The position numbers were made by a program, and so were the translations under genes. 64,000 nucleotides of DNA. Origin: Elusimicrobiota bacterium (GTDB lineage: Bacteria > Elusimicrobiota > Endomicrobiia > CG1-02-37-114 > JAHJSO01). A model generated the notes under the pieces. The model made no database searches. It was given only the letters and a program-made list of their open reading frames with translations, and had not been told where the DNA came from. Shown here in pieces: positions 1 to 8,997 of this stretch. The DNA is taken from positions 1 to 64,000 of the forward strand of contig JBDRQF010000011.1 of assembly GCA_043826435.1 (NCBI GenBank), read 5' to 3'. How positions within the stretch are numbered: position 1 is the first letter of the stretch; every line of letters begins with the position of its first letter.

Positions 1-89
1 TTTTGCATGTTTTTATAAAATCCCAAGTTAAGCAAATCTATCGCCCCCCGATGATTTCGTAGAAATCAATTCTTGGGGGTAACTTTCGG

Positions 90-1796
90 TTAAAACAATC
101 CTACTATTTTTCCTTCGTCCGTAATGTCAACCTTTGTTCCAGCAGGGACTGATGGCAACCCCGGCATAGTCCTCATTTCTCCGCAGAGTGGGTAAAGAAA
201 ACCAGCACCGACGGATGCCCGTATGTCACGAATGGGCAGGGTGTAGTCCTTCGGTCTTCCCTTCCATGTTGGCTCATGGGACAATGAGAGGTGTGTCTTC
301 GCCATACATAGTGGCAATTTATCCCAGCCGAGTTTTGTGTATAACCTTATTTTTTCTTCTGCCAGAGGAGTGTACTGAACATCCCTTGCACCATAAATTT
401 TCGTTGCGATTGTTTGAATCTTATCTTTTATTGAAACATCTAATGGATACAGAAATTTAAACTTGTTGGGTTTATTTGATGCCTTCACGATGGCGGCGGC
501 GAGTTCTTTGCCACCTTCTCCCCCTTTTTCCCATACCTCGGATAGAACTGCATCTTCTGCCCCAAACTCCTTTGCTCTTTTGCGAATTAGTTCTATTTCT
601 CTGTCGGTGTCCGTGCTGAACCTGTTTATAGCGACAACCACAGGGACGCCGTGCATCAGGGCGTTCTCAACCTGTTTTTCTAAATTACACAGACCCTCTT
701 CAATAAGTTGCAGATTTTCCCGCGTCAGGTCGTCAGGCAACGGTTTCCCCGCTACTACATTTACCTTGCCTGAATGCATTTTCAGTGCACGGACGGTGCA
801 GACCATTACGACGCAGTCGGGGGTAAGCCCGCTGTAGCGGCACTTTATATTCATAAATTTTTCCATACCGCAGTCAGCGCCGAATCCGCTTTCCGTAACG
901 ACATAATCGGTAAGTTTTACTGCCATCTGGTCGGCGATAATGGAGTTGTTCCCGTGGGCGATATTTGCAAAAGGACCGGCGTGAACGAAACATGGCGTGT
1001 ATTCGGTTGTCTGCAGGATGTTCGGTTTTATTGCATCTTTAAGAAGTGCTGCCATTGAGCCGGCAACCTGTATGTCCTGTGCGGTTACAGGTTTTCCGTC
1101 GGTTGTAAAAGCAACAACAATACGGTTCAATCGCTGCTTTAAGTCCTTTAGACCCGTTGTAAGGGCAAGGATAGCCATAACCTCTGAAGCAACCGAGATG
1201 TCAAACCCCGACTGTCTCGGGATGCCGTCTTCTTTTGTCCCCAGTCCGATTATGATATTTCTTAGTGCCCTGTCGCTTACATCGACGACCCTTCTCCAGA
1301 GTATATTGTATAAATCAATATTGAGTTTGTTCCCTTTGTGCAGAACATTGTCAAGAAAGGCAGCGCACAGGTTGTGGGCGAGTGAGACGGCATGGACGTC
1401 GCCTGTGAGGTGGAGATTGAAGTCCTCCATCGGGAGGACCTGGGCATAGCCGCCACCGGCTGCCCCGCCTTTAATTCCAAAAACAGGTCCAAGGGAGGGT
1501 TGTCTTATACAGGTGATGACATTTTTTCCTATTTTTGAAAGTCCGAGTGAAACGCCTATTGTTGTTACTGTTTTTCCTTCCCCGAGCGGGGTCGGTGTAA
1601 TAGCGGTTACATCAATGTATTTCCCGCGTGGCTTGTCTTTGAGACGGTCCAGTATTTCCAGTTTTATTTTCGCTTTGTGATTGCCGTAAAGTTCAAGTTC
1701 ATCTTCCTGGATGCCCGCTTTTTTTGCAATTTCTGAGATTGGTTTGAGTTTGATACTCTGTGCAATTTCAATGTCCGACGGAACGGGTGATTTCAT
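90..1796 (-). CDS. fhs: Formate--tetrahydrofolate ligase
   Basis: 568 aa; TAITPTPLGEGKT, GIKGGAAGGGYAQV, HAGPFANIAHG and MRTMPGLP motifs; GGAGG RBS upstream. Confidence 0.97.
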   Translation of the reverse strand: MKSPVPSDIEIAQSIKLKPISEIAKKAGIQEDELELYGNHKAKIKLEILDRLKDKPRGKYIDVTAITPTPLGEGKTVTTIGVSLGLSKIGKNVITCIRQPSLGPVFGIKGGAAGGGYAQVLPMEDFNLHLTGDVHAVSLAHNLCAAFLDNVLHKGNKLNIDLYNILWRRVVDVSDRALRNIIIGLGTKEDGIPRQSGFDISVASEVMAILALTTGLKDLKQRLNRIVVAFTTDGKPVTAQDIQVAGSMAALLKDAIKPNILQTTEYTPCFVHAGPFANIAHGNNSIIADQMAVKLTDYVVTESGFGADCGMEKFMNIKCRYSGLTPDCVVMVCTVRALKMHSGKVNVVAGKPLPDDLTRENLQLIEEGLCNLEKQVENALMHGVPVVVAINRFSTDTDREIELIRKRAKEFGAEDAVLSEVWEKGGEGGKELAAAIVKASNKPNKFKFLYPLDVSIKDKIQTIATKIYGARDVQYTPLAEEKIRLYTKLGWDKLPLCMAKTHLSLSHEPTWKGRPKDYTLPIRDIRASVGAGFLYPLCGEMRTMPGLPSVPAGTKVDITDEGKIVGLF

Positions 1797-1834
1797 TTTG
1801 GAAGGTCCTCCTTTTAGAAAAAGTCCTGCAACCC

Positions 1835-1916
1835 GTCATTGCGAGGAGCGTTAGCGACGAAGCAATCTCGTCTGAGCAATAAGATTGCCACGTTCCCTTC
1901 GGTCACTCGCAATGAC
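1835..1916. repeat. Palindromic REP/RPE-like element (GTCATTGCGAG...GCAATCTC / GATTGCC...CTCGCAATGAC), full copy
   Basis: Terminal inverted repeat GTCATTGCGAG/CTCGCAATGAC with internal hairpins; first 37 nt identical to the copy at 48645. Confidence 0.9.
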
Positions 1917-1951
1917 AAATCAGCAAGTCAACAGGGTTTTTCAACACTCTC

Positions 1952-1980
1952 ATTATATAAAAATTTTAGTGTAAAGTCAA
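1952..1980 (-). promoter_or_regulatory. sigma70-like promoter for fhs
   Basis: Minus strand TTGACT-17 nt-TATAAT. Confidence 0.7.
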
Positions 1981-2060
1981 ATAATCCGTGAGCGAATGTC
2001 AGGAAGGTCTCCTGGGGGGTCTTTTTTGGAGGGAATGAGCCGGCCACTGCTATTGACATT

Positions 2061-2615
2061 TTATTCGGCGATGAGGGATTCTATCCGTTCACTGTCAGGC
2101 ACCATGTGGTCAATAAATCTCAAAGCCCCTTTTTTGTCTATGAGCGCGTTGGTTGGTATGCCGCGCACTCCGTAAGCCCGGGCGACATCCGACTTGCTGT
2201 CCAGCAGGACGGTGTATTTTATCTTTTTAGAATCTATAAACTGGCTGACCTTGCCGCGGCTTTCCTGGACGTTGACGGCAAGCAGCACAAAATCGTCCTT
2301 GCCGTATGACTGGTGAATTTTATTTAATTCAGGAATTTCCGTTACGCAATGGGGACACCATGTTGCAAAAAAATTCAGCATTACCACCCTGCCCCTGTAT
2401 GAAGACAGCGAATGGCTCCTGTCGTTTATGTCGGTAAGTGTCCAATCGCGGGCGGGCGAGAGTGTCTTTTGTTCGGTTTTGACGGAAGTTTCCGCTGCCG
2501 GCGTCTCTGCGTCCTGCTGTTGCTTTTTTTCCGTTTTTTTGGAATTGGGCCCGCACCCTGATGCTGCGCATACAAGGACAATCATAAAAAGATGAACCTG
2601 TTTCTTTATATCCAT
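2061..2615 (-). CDS. TlpA/ResA-family thiol-disulfide oxidoreductase, probable lipoprotein
   Basis: True start probably MDIKKQ at 2615 (G-rich RBS, overlaps the upstream stop); lipobox-like AASGC; FFATWCPHC and YGVRGIPT motifs. Confidence 0.88.
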   Translation of the reverse strand: MDIKKQVHLFMIVLVCAASGCGPNSKKTEKKQQQDAETPAAETSVKTEQKTLSPARDWTLTDINDRSHSLSSYRGRVVMLNFFATWCPHCVTEIPELNKIHQSYGKDDFVLLAVNVQESRGKVSQFIDSKKIKYTVLLDSKSDVARAYGVRGIPTNALIDKKGALRFIDHMVPDSERIESLIAE

Positions 2616-3292
2616 AACATCCCCCCACGGATAAGGAAAAATTCCCCTATAAGAATTAACATCCCCCCCATAACCTTTTTGGTTCGGACGAGCCACTGGC
2701 CCGACTTGGGCATTATTACGTTTGAGAACGTTCCGACAATTATTAAAAGTGTTCCCATCCCCAATGCAAAGAAAAAGAGCATAAGGAAACCGAGAATAAC
2801 ATTTTGTTTCGTGGCGACATACGTCAGTATTGCTCCGAGTGCCGGGGCGGTGCATGGTCCGACAACAAGTCCTGAAGCGAGACCGATTAAAAATATGGAG
2901 AATAGTCCTTTTGATTTTTTCTGCGGAGAGACGGACTGCAGGAATGCGGGCATTTTTATCTGGAATACGTCCAGCATGTTCAACCCCAGCAGGATGAATA
3001 TGTTCCCGGCGATAAAATACACCAGCGGTCTCTGTGTGATGACCCCGAATATTTTTCCTGTGAGGGATGCAAACGCTCCTAATATAGAGTAGGTTATCGC
3101 TATACCGGTGACGTACAGCAGCGATAACAGGAATGCCCTTGTTTTTGTGGCCGCCTCCCTTGAGCCGATAATTGTAATTGTAACAGGGATTAAAGGATAT
3201 ACACAAGGGGTAAAAGAAACCAGAATCCCTGCAAGATATAGCAGGGGAAGTGAAAATAAGTTAAATTGAGCGGAATATATAGAGGGCTCCAT
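2606..3292 (-). CDS. ccdA: CcdA/DsbD-type transmembrane electron transporter
   Basis: SFTPCVYPLIP and GPCTAP cysteine motifs, about 6 TM helices, adjacent to a TlpA gene. Confidence 0.85.
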   Translation of the reverse strand: MEPSIYSAQFNLFSLPLLYLAGILVSFTPCVYPLIPVTITIIGSREAATKTRAFLLSLLYVTGIAITYSILGAFASLTGKIFGVITQRPLVYFIAGNIFILLGLNMLDVFQIKMPAFLQSVSPQKKSKGLFSIFLIGLASGLVVGPCTAPALGAILTYVATKQNVILGFLMLFFFALGMGTLLIIVGTFSNVIMPKSGQWLVRTKKVMGGMLILIGEFFLIRGGMLWI

Positions 3293-3293
3293 A

Positions 3294-4031
3294 TCAGTGT
3301 AAAATTTTCTCCAGGATGACTACTAATATAATCCCTGATATAAGCAGTAAGGCATTTGTTTTATTTTTCATCCTGTGTGTCTGGGGAATCAGAGACGAAG
3401 CGGACAGGTATAAGAAAGTCCCTGCTGTGAAAGCGAGAAGGGCGGCGGTAATTTTATCGGATAGATTCCCCAATATCAAGAGCGCTATGAGTGCACCAAC
3501 CGGAGTGGCGAGAGCAACGGAGACAGAATATATCCATACCTTTTTCAATGAAAAAGTTCCTGTGTTCAGCAGTATCCCGGTAACTATTACACCCTCGGGC
3601 ATTTCGTGTAAAATTACACCGAGCAGGGTTAAAATACCAATCTGGGGTGATACCTCAAAACCGATAACTATTGCTACGCCGTCTATAAATGAATGGAACA
3701 GCAGTCCTATAAAAGACAGTAATCCGACCCTGTGCATTTCGCATTTATCATCATGGCAGGGGTGTATCATAATTATGTTTTCAATAATGTAGAATAAGGT
3801 AAAACCGGCAAGGGCAATATGAAATGAATATGGGTATATCTCAGCGGCTTCGGGCAATAAATGCAGTAAGGAAAGCGAAAGCAGAAAACCAGCAGAGAAA
3901 CTCACAAAAAATGAGGAGTATTTGGTTGCTATGGATTTTCTATAAATCAGAAGCAATGTCCCCGATATGGTTGATAATCCAGCCAGCAATGAATAAAATA
4001 TAACTGTCATGTTTTGTTGAATGAAGGGCAT
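3294..4031 (-). CDS. ZIP-family metal transporter
   Basis: HLLPEA, HSFIDG and LHEMPEG motifs; His/Cys-rich loop. Confidence 0.9.
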   Translation of the reverse strand: MPFIQQNMTVIFYSLLAGLSTISGTLLLIYRKSIATKYSSFFVSFSAGFLLSLSLLHLLPEAAEIYPYSFHIALAGFTLFYIIENIIMIHPCHDDKCEMHRVGLLSFIGLLFHSFIDGVAIVIGFEVSPQIGILTLLGVILHEMPEGVIVTGILLNTGTFSLKKVWIYSVSVALATPVGALIALLILGNLSDKITAALLAFTAGTFLYLSASSLIPQTHRMKNKTNALLLISGIILVVILEKILH

Positions 4032-4651
4032 AGTCGTTTACCCAGAGAACACTCCGGACATTTCGGTTTTTTTGCGTTGCAGATTTTTCTTCCGTGTTCT
4101 ATCAGAAGATTAGATATTGCAACCCATTCGGCCCGCGGCGTTATCTTCATAAGATCAAGTTCAATAACGACGGGGTTGTCCGACTTTGTGAGTGCCAACC
4201 GCTGCGACAGGCGGCGGACGTGCGTGTCAACAGCTATGCCCTCTATCCTGCCGTATGCGTTACCCAGAACTATATTCGCCGTTTTGCGTGCCACGCCCGG
4301 CAGTGTCAGTAGGTCAGCCATTGTATCTGGTACTTTGCCGTCGTATTTTTCAAGTATTATTTTTGCCGATTCCGTAATGTTTTTTGCCTTATTGTGATAG
4401 AAGCCGGTTGATTTTATGTCCTGTTCAAAGTTATGAATGTCCGCTTTAGCATAATCCCGGACGGTCTTATATTTTTTGAATATGACTTCAGTGACTTTAT
4501 TTACCCTTTCATCAGTGCATTGTGCAGAAAGAATTGTTGCTACAAGAATTTCAAGGGGATTGCCAAATTTAAGTGCAGTCCGCGCGCCAGGGTAATATTT
4601 TTTAAGGATGGACAAAATCCGGTTGAATCTATTTTGCAGTGTTTCAGACAC
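4007..4651 (-). CDS. nth: Endonuclease III
   Basis: LSAQCTD, helix-hairpin-helix LPGVARKTAN, VDTHV and C-terminal Cys cluster for [4Fe-4S]. Confidence 0.96.
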   Translation of the reverse strand: MSETLQNRFNRILSILKKYYPGARTALKFGNPLEILVATILSAQCTDERVNKVTEVIFKKYKTVRDYAKADIHNFEQDIKSTGFYHNKAKNITESAKIILEKYDGKVPDTMADLLTLPGVARKTANIVLGNAYGRIEGIAVDTHVRRLSQRLALTKSDNPVVIELDLMKITPRAEWVAISNLLIEHGRKICNAKKPKCPECSLGKRLCPSFNKT

Positions 4652-5636
4652 AGTGTTCTTCCATAAGTTTTACAAAACAGTATAACATTTTATTCAGGGG
4701 GGTGTCAAGCCCTGTTTTCTCCGCCTGCTTTATTACGGCGCCATTTATGGATTCAATCTCTGTTTTTTTCCTGTGAAGTATGTCCTGGAGCATGGAATTG
4801 TAGTTTTTTGCCGTTGATTTGCAGACCTGCAGAACTTTTTTTGAAGGATTTTTATAGAGTAATTTAATCCCCGATTTTTTCGCGACCCCTGCTGATTCTT
4901 CCGCAGTCATACACAGAATATCTTTCAGACAGGAATTTTTTATAATCTCCCCGTTTGTCCTGAGTGTAATGCTCCCGATGGGATTTATTGCAGAATTGAT
5001 CACCAGTTTTGACCACAGGACATTCTTTATATTCTTTGTGGTCTTTGTTTTAATCCCCGCCCCGTTGAAGATGTTTTTTATTAAAGCTGGTGGTTCTGGA
5101 TGAGGATTAGCGTCTGTATAAACAGACGGGCCAATTTTTGCATGAAGTTTACTGCCTGTGTAAACGGCATCGCCTATTACCGTTAATCCTTTACCTGCAT
5201 GCCGGACAGCCCCGTGCCCCGTGAGTGTGGCTCCGTGAGAGGTAATTCCCGCAAGGACTGCATTGACTTTTTTTTGACTTTTTTTCAGGGCCGACGCAAT
5301 GGTTTCAATATTGCCGAGACCATTTTGAAGGGTGAGTATGATTGTGTTTTTTGATATACATGGCAGGGATTTCCTTATTGCCTCTTCTGTCCGTTGGGCC
5401 TTTACAAAAACAATCAGTATGTCGGCCGGCCCGATTTTTTTGCAGTCGGTTGTGATTTTTATTTTTGAGGGAGGTATATATATTTTTGAAATACCTGTGG
5501 TTTTTATTCCGTTTTTCCGTATATGGTTTGCTCTTGTGGGGTTTTTATCAAGGATATGGACATCAAAGCCCGATTTTATCAGCAGGGAGGCAAAAAGGCA
5601 GCCCATCGCTCCGGGACCCACAATCAGTATTTTCAT
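4644..5636 (-). CDS. panE: 2-dehydropantoate 2-reductase
   Basis: GPGAMG, LQNGLG, WSKLVINSAINP, SMLQD and TEIESING motifs. Confidence 0.92.
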   Translation of the reverse strand: MKILIVGPGAMGCLFASLLIKSGFDVHILDKNPTRANHIRKNGIKTTGISKIYIPPSKIKITTDCKKIGPADILIVFVKAQRTEEAIRKSLPCISKNTIILTLQNGLGNIETIASALKKSQKKVNAVLAGITSHGATLTGHGAVRHAGKGLTVIGDAVYTGSKLHAKIGPSVYTDANPHPEPPALIKNIFNGAGIKTKTTKNIKNVLWSKLVINSAINPIGSITLRTNGEIIKNSCLKDILCMTAEESAGVAKKSGIKLLYKNPSKKVLQVCKSTAKNYNSMLQDILHRKKTEIESINGAVIKQAEKTGLDTPLNKMLYCFVKLMEEHCV

Positions 5637-5648
5637 ATTATGTTTTTT

Positions 5649-6869
5649 TTACTTTTTGATTTCTTTTATTATACAGGGGATGATTTCGTAGAGGTCGCCT
5701 TCAATTGCGTAGGTTGCAATCTTCATCATCGGGGCTTCGGGGTCGCGGTTTATTGCGACTATAATGTCGGAGGAGCCCATGCCCACGAGATGCTGTATCT
5801 GGCCTGAAACGCCGCAGGCGACATAAAGTTTCGGGGCGACTGTCCGGCCCGTTTGTCCCACCTGGTGAGAATACGGTATCCAGCCGGAATCAACTGCAGC
5901 CCTGCTGGCGCCGACAGCCCCGCATAGCGCAGATGCAAGTTCCTCAATAAGTTTAAAGCCCTCCGGCTTTCCGAGTCCCCTGCCGCCGGAAACGATTATG
6001 TCCGCCTCCGCAAGGTTTATCTTTGTCGTTGTGTCTGAAACGAATTCAAGAAACCCTGTCCTGCTCTTAAGTTTTGTAAAGTCCGGGTTTCTTTTTATTA
6101 TTTCACCCTTCCGCCCGGCGTCCCTCGGGGCTTTCTTAAAAACCTTGTGACGCACGGTCGCCATCTGAGGCCTGTGCCGGGGGGTGAGTATGGTCGCCAT
6201 TACGTTGCCGCCGAATGCAGGCCTTGTCTGCATGAGGTTCCGGTTTGAGACGTCTATGTCAAGCCCGGTGCAGTCGGCTGTAAGCCCTGTCTTTATTTTT
6301 GCCGCGACCCTGCTGGCAAAGGAGCGGCCGATGTTGGTTGCGCCCATCAGGACTATCTCCGGCTTTTCCCCGAATATCAAACCGGACAGAACTTCTGCAT
6401 AGGGCTCGTCCAGGAATTCACGGAAAATCGGGCCGTCAATGACATACACCCTGTCCGCGCCGTGATATATTAACTCCTGAGCGTGTTTTTCAATCCCGTC
6501 ACCAATAAGGACGGCGGAAAGCCGAGTGGAGAGTTTGTCTGCAAGCGCTCTGCCCTCGTTCAGCAGTTCATATACGACGGGTGAGACATCGGAATGCCTC
6601 TGTTCTGCATACACCCACACACCCCGGTATTCCGAAAGGTTGACTGCCGGCTGCCCATCTTCTCTTGTAATTACAATTGCCCGGTATTTTTTGCACGCCT
6701 CAACGCAGGCGCCGCAGAAATTGCATTTTGAAACGTCAATCACCGCTAATTTAATTTTTTTTGGATGTTCGGGTCTTTCAATTAATGAAATCGCGCCGAA
6801 AGGGCATGCCCTGACGCACAACAAACACCCTGTGCAGTTATCCCGTATAATTTCTATTTTATCAGACAT
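5649..6869 (-). CDS. etfA: Electron transfer flavoprotein alpha subunit with N-terminal 2x[4Fe-4S] ferredoxin domain
   Basis: CTGCLLCVRACP and CNFCGACVEAC, then an ETF-alpha body (GLTADCT, RPAFGGN, QVGQTG, GVSGQIQH). Confidence 0.93.
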   Translation of the reverse strand: MSDKIEIIRDNCTGCLLCVRACPFGAISLIERPEHPKKIKLAVIDVSKCNFCGACVEACKKYRAIVITREDGQPAVNLSEYRGVWVYAEQRHSDVSPVVYELLNEGRALADKLSTRLSAVLIGDGIEKHAQELIYHGADRVYVIDGPIFREFLDEPYAEVLSGLIFGEKPEIVLMGATNIGRSFASRVAAKIKTGLTADCTGLDIDVSNRNLMQTRPAFGGNVMATILTPRHRPQMATVRHKVFKKAPRDAGRKGEIIKRNPDFTKLKSRTGFLEFVSDTTTKINLAEADIIVSGGRGLGKPEGFKLIEELASALCGAVGASRAAVDSGWIPYSHQVGQTGRTVAPKLYVACGVSGQIQHLVGMGSSDIIVAINRDPEAPMMKIATYAIEGDLYEIIPCIIKEIKK

Positions 6870-6881
6870 ATAATTACAGCG

Positions 6882-7667
6882 TCAGGCAACTTTATGATGT
6901 TTTAATTTTTCAACGAGTTTCTGCGCTACTTCAATGGCGGTCCCGGAGATCCTTTCCCCTCCCTGCCTCGGAGGCGGATAAAAGATCTTCATCACCCGTG
7001 TCGGGGAACCGCTTAACCCAATCATTTTTTCATCCGCAGATAAGTCATTTGCCGACCAGCATGGAATATTTGCCTTTTTTGACATCATCATCCACTTGAG
7101 CGACGGCAGGCGCGGGGTGTTTATCTCCTTCGTTACGGTTATAAGCGCCGGCATGGGCATTTCAAGGATGTCATACCCATCTTCCATCATTCTGAGCACC
7201 TTTATTTTATCCCCGGTTATTTCCTCAATCTTACCGACGTAGGAGACGTGGGGTATGTCCAGGTGTTCCGCGATGCCCGGGCCGACCTGTGCGGTGTCTC
7301 CGTCGGACGCCTGTTTCCCGCAGATGATTAAATCGGGCATTCCGGCTTTTGTGATTGCCAGTGCCAGAGTATAAGAGGTTGCCAGCGTGTCCGAGCCGGC
7401 GAAGTTCCTGTCCGATATTAATACTGCCGAATCGCAGCCGCGGGATAATGCCTCTCTGAGGGCCGTTTCCGCCTGCGGCGGGCCCATGGTCAGGGCCGTA
7501 ACCTTCCCGCCCGTTTTTTCCTTTATACGGACGGCCTCTTCAATTGCATATTCGTCAAAGGGGTTGATTATTGACTCCACTCCCTCCCGTTTCAGCGTGC
7601 CGGTTTTATCGTCAATTTGAACATTTGTTGTTGCAGGGACCTGTTTTATACAGACGATTATATTCAT
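6882..7667 (-). CDS. etfB: Electron transfer flavoprotein beta subunit
   Basis: CIKQVP, INPFDEYAIE, GSDTLAT and GKQASDGDTAQVGPG motifs. Confidence 0.95.
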   Translation of the reverse strand: MNIIVCIKQVPATTNVQIDDKTGTLKREGVESIINPFDEYAIEEAVRIKEKTGGKVTALTMGPPQAETALREALSRGCDSAVLISDRNFAGSDTLATSYTLALAITKAGMPDLIICGKQASDGDTAQVGPGIAEHLDIPHVSYVGKIEEITGDKIKVLRMMEDGYDILEMPMPALITVTKEINTPRLPSLKWMMMSKKANIPCWSANDLSADEKMIGLSGSPTRVMKIFYPPPRQGGERISGTAIEVAQKLVEKLKHHKVA

Positions 7668-7767
7668 TTTTGTTTTAATGATACCTCATAATATTCGGCA
7701 ATCAGTTCTCATTGGGCTGCTATACGGTGGTTGCCCCCCTACCGTTATTCACGGGGCGGTTAATCTT

Positions 7768-8925
7768 TTATTTCCGAAGTGATTCTTTTATTAAGGCGAG
7801 TGCAATTTCGTTTCTCTGTATTTGGCTTGTCCCCTCGTATATCTGAGTAATCTTTGCGTCTCTCATCCTTTTTTCAAACGGGTATTCCCGCATGTATCCA
7901 TAACCGCCAGCCACCTGGACGGCATCGGTAGTTACTTTCATCGCTATCTCACTTGCAAACAACTTGCTCATTGCACTTTCTTTTGTGAACCGCCCAGCAG
8001 GATTTGCGCTTATTGTTTTTGCCGTGGCATAAACAAGGGACCTTGCTGCCTCAACCTGTGTGGCCATGTCCGCCAGCATGTGCTGTACTGCCTGCTGCGA
8101 AGAGATTGGATGACCGAACTGAATCCTCTGCCGGCTATACTCAATGGCATCTTCAAGGGCACCTGATGCTATCCCGAGTGCTTGTGCCGCCACCCCGGGA
8201 CGGGACACATCAAATGTTTTCATCGCCACAATAAATCCCATCCCTTCTTTTGCCAGTAAGTTTTCCTTGGGAACTTTGCAATTGTTGAATATCAGTTCCC
8301 CGGTTGCAGATGCTCTTATCCCCATTTTCTTTTCTTTTTTGCCGAACGAAAATCCGTCCATTCCTTTTTCAAGAATAAAGGCAGATGCCCCCCTGGAACC
8401 CTTTGATTTGTCTGTCATTGCTATTACAGTATATACATTCGCCTCGCCGGCATTTGTAATAAAACACTTTGTGCCATTGAGGATGTAGTGTTCGCCTTCT
8501 TTTTTTGCTGTGGTCTGAATCGCCCCGGCGTCACTGCCGGCATTCGGTTCGGTTATCGCAAACGCAGCAAGATTTTTCCCGGAAGCGATGTCGGGCAGGA
8601 ACCTTTTTTTCTGTTGTTCGTTCCCGGATAGAAATATAGGGAATGTTCCCATGGCGGTTGCTGCAAGTGCCAGAGAGATTGCGCCATCAACCTTTGAAAG
8701 TTCCTCAACAACGAGGCAGAGTTCAAATATCCCCCCGCCGAAACCACCGTATTCCTGCGGAATGTACACGCCGCAGAGCCCTGCCCTGGCAATCTCCTCT
8801 ACTATGGGCCAGGGAAATTCTTCGTTTTCTTCATAGTGTTCACGGACTGGCTTGATTTTTTCTACGGCAAGTTTTCTGGCCAGACCAACAATCATTTTCT
8901 GTTCATCAGTGAAAAAGTATTCCAT
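7768..8925 (-). CDS. Acyl-CoA dehydrogenase (butyryl-CoA dehydrogenase-like)
   Basis: FAITEPNAGSDA, NGTKCFITN, KMGIRAS, GGYGYMREY and QIYEGTSQIQR motifs. Confidence 0.93.
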   Translation of the reverse strand: MEYFFTDEQKMIVGLARKLAVEKIKPVREHYEENEEFPWPIVEEIARAGLCGVYIPQEYGGFGGGIFELCLVVEELSKVDGAISLALAATAMGTFPIFLSGNEQQKKRFLPDIASGKNLAAFAITEPNAGSDAGAIQTTAKKEGEHYILNGTKCFITNAGEANVYTVIAMTDKSKGSRGASAFILEKGMDGFSFGKKEKKMGIRASATGELIFNNCKVPKENLLAKEGMGFIVAMKTFDVSRPGVAAQALGIASGALEDAIEYSRQRIQFGHPISSQQAVQHMLADMATQVEAARSLVYATAKTISANPAGRFTKESAMSKLFASEIAMKVTTDAVQVAGGYGYMREYPFEKRMRDAKITQIYEGTSQIQRNEIALALIKESLRK

Positions 8926-8944
8926 AACATTTCCTCGCTTTTTT

Positions 8945-8973
8945 ATTGTATTTTTTATCCGTGATTTTTACAA
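8945..8973 (-). promoter_or_regulatory. Putative sigma70-like promoter for the acyl-CoA dehydrogenase-etfBA operon
   Basis: Minus strand TTGTAA-17 nt-TACAAT just upstream of a GAGG RBS. Confidence 0.5.
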
Positions 8974-8997
8974 TTACGCCTGCAACGTTTATTTTAA

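Noticed and set aside
45..79. Intrinsic terminator after fhs
   Set aside because: An imperfect hairpin exists (TGATTTC-GTA-GAAATCA core) but there is no clear U-tract on the minus strand. Its 14-nt match to 5679-5692 is probably chance.
1797..2060. ZTP (pfl) or THF riboswitch upstream of fhs
   Set aside because: Expected from context, but I could not find the conserved motifs; the leader is occupied by the palindromic repeat. An Rfam scan would settle it.
2061..3206. 381-aa ORF as a single long protein
   Set aside because: Its N-terminal half overlaps ccdA in another frame and looks non-protein-like; the TlpA begins at 2615.
7705..7760. GTAG-type REP or structured RNA between the dehydrogenase and etfB
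   Set aside because: Only a weak single imperfect hairpin, with no second copy in the window.
8958..8975. Rex operator upstream of the acyl-CoA dehydrogenase
   Set aside because: GTGA...TTACAA half-sites are spaced too closely for the TTGTGAA-N4-TTCACAA consensus.
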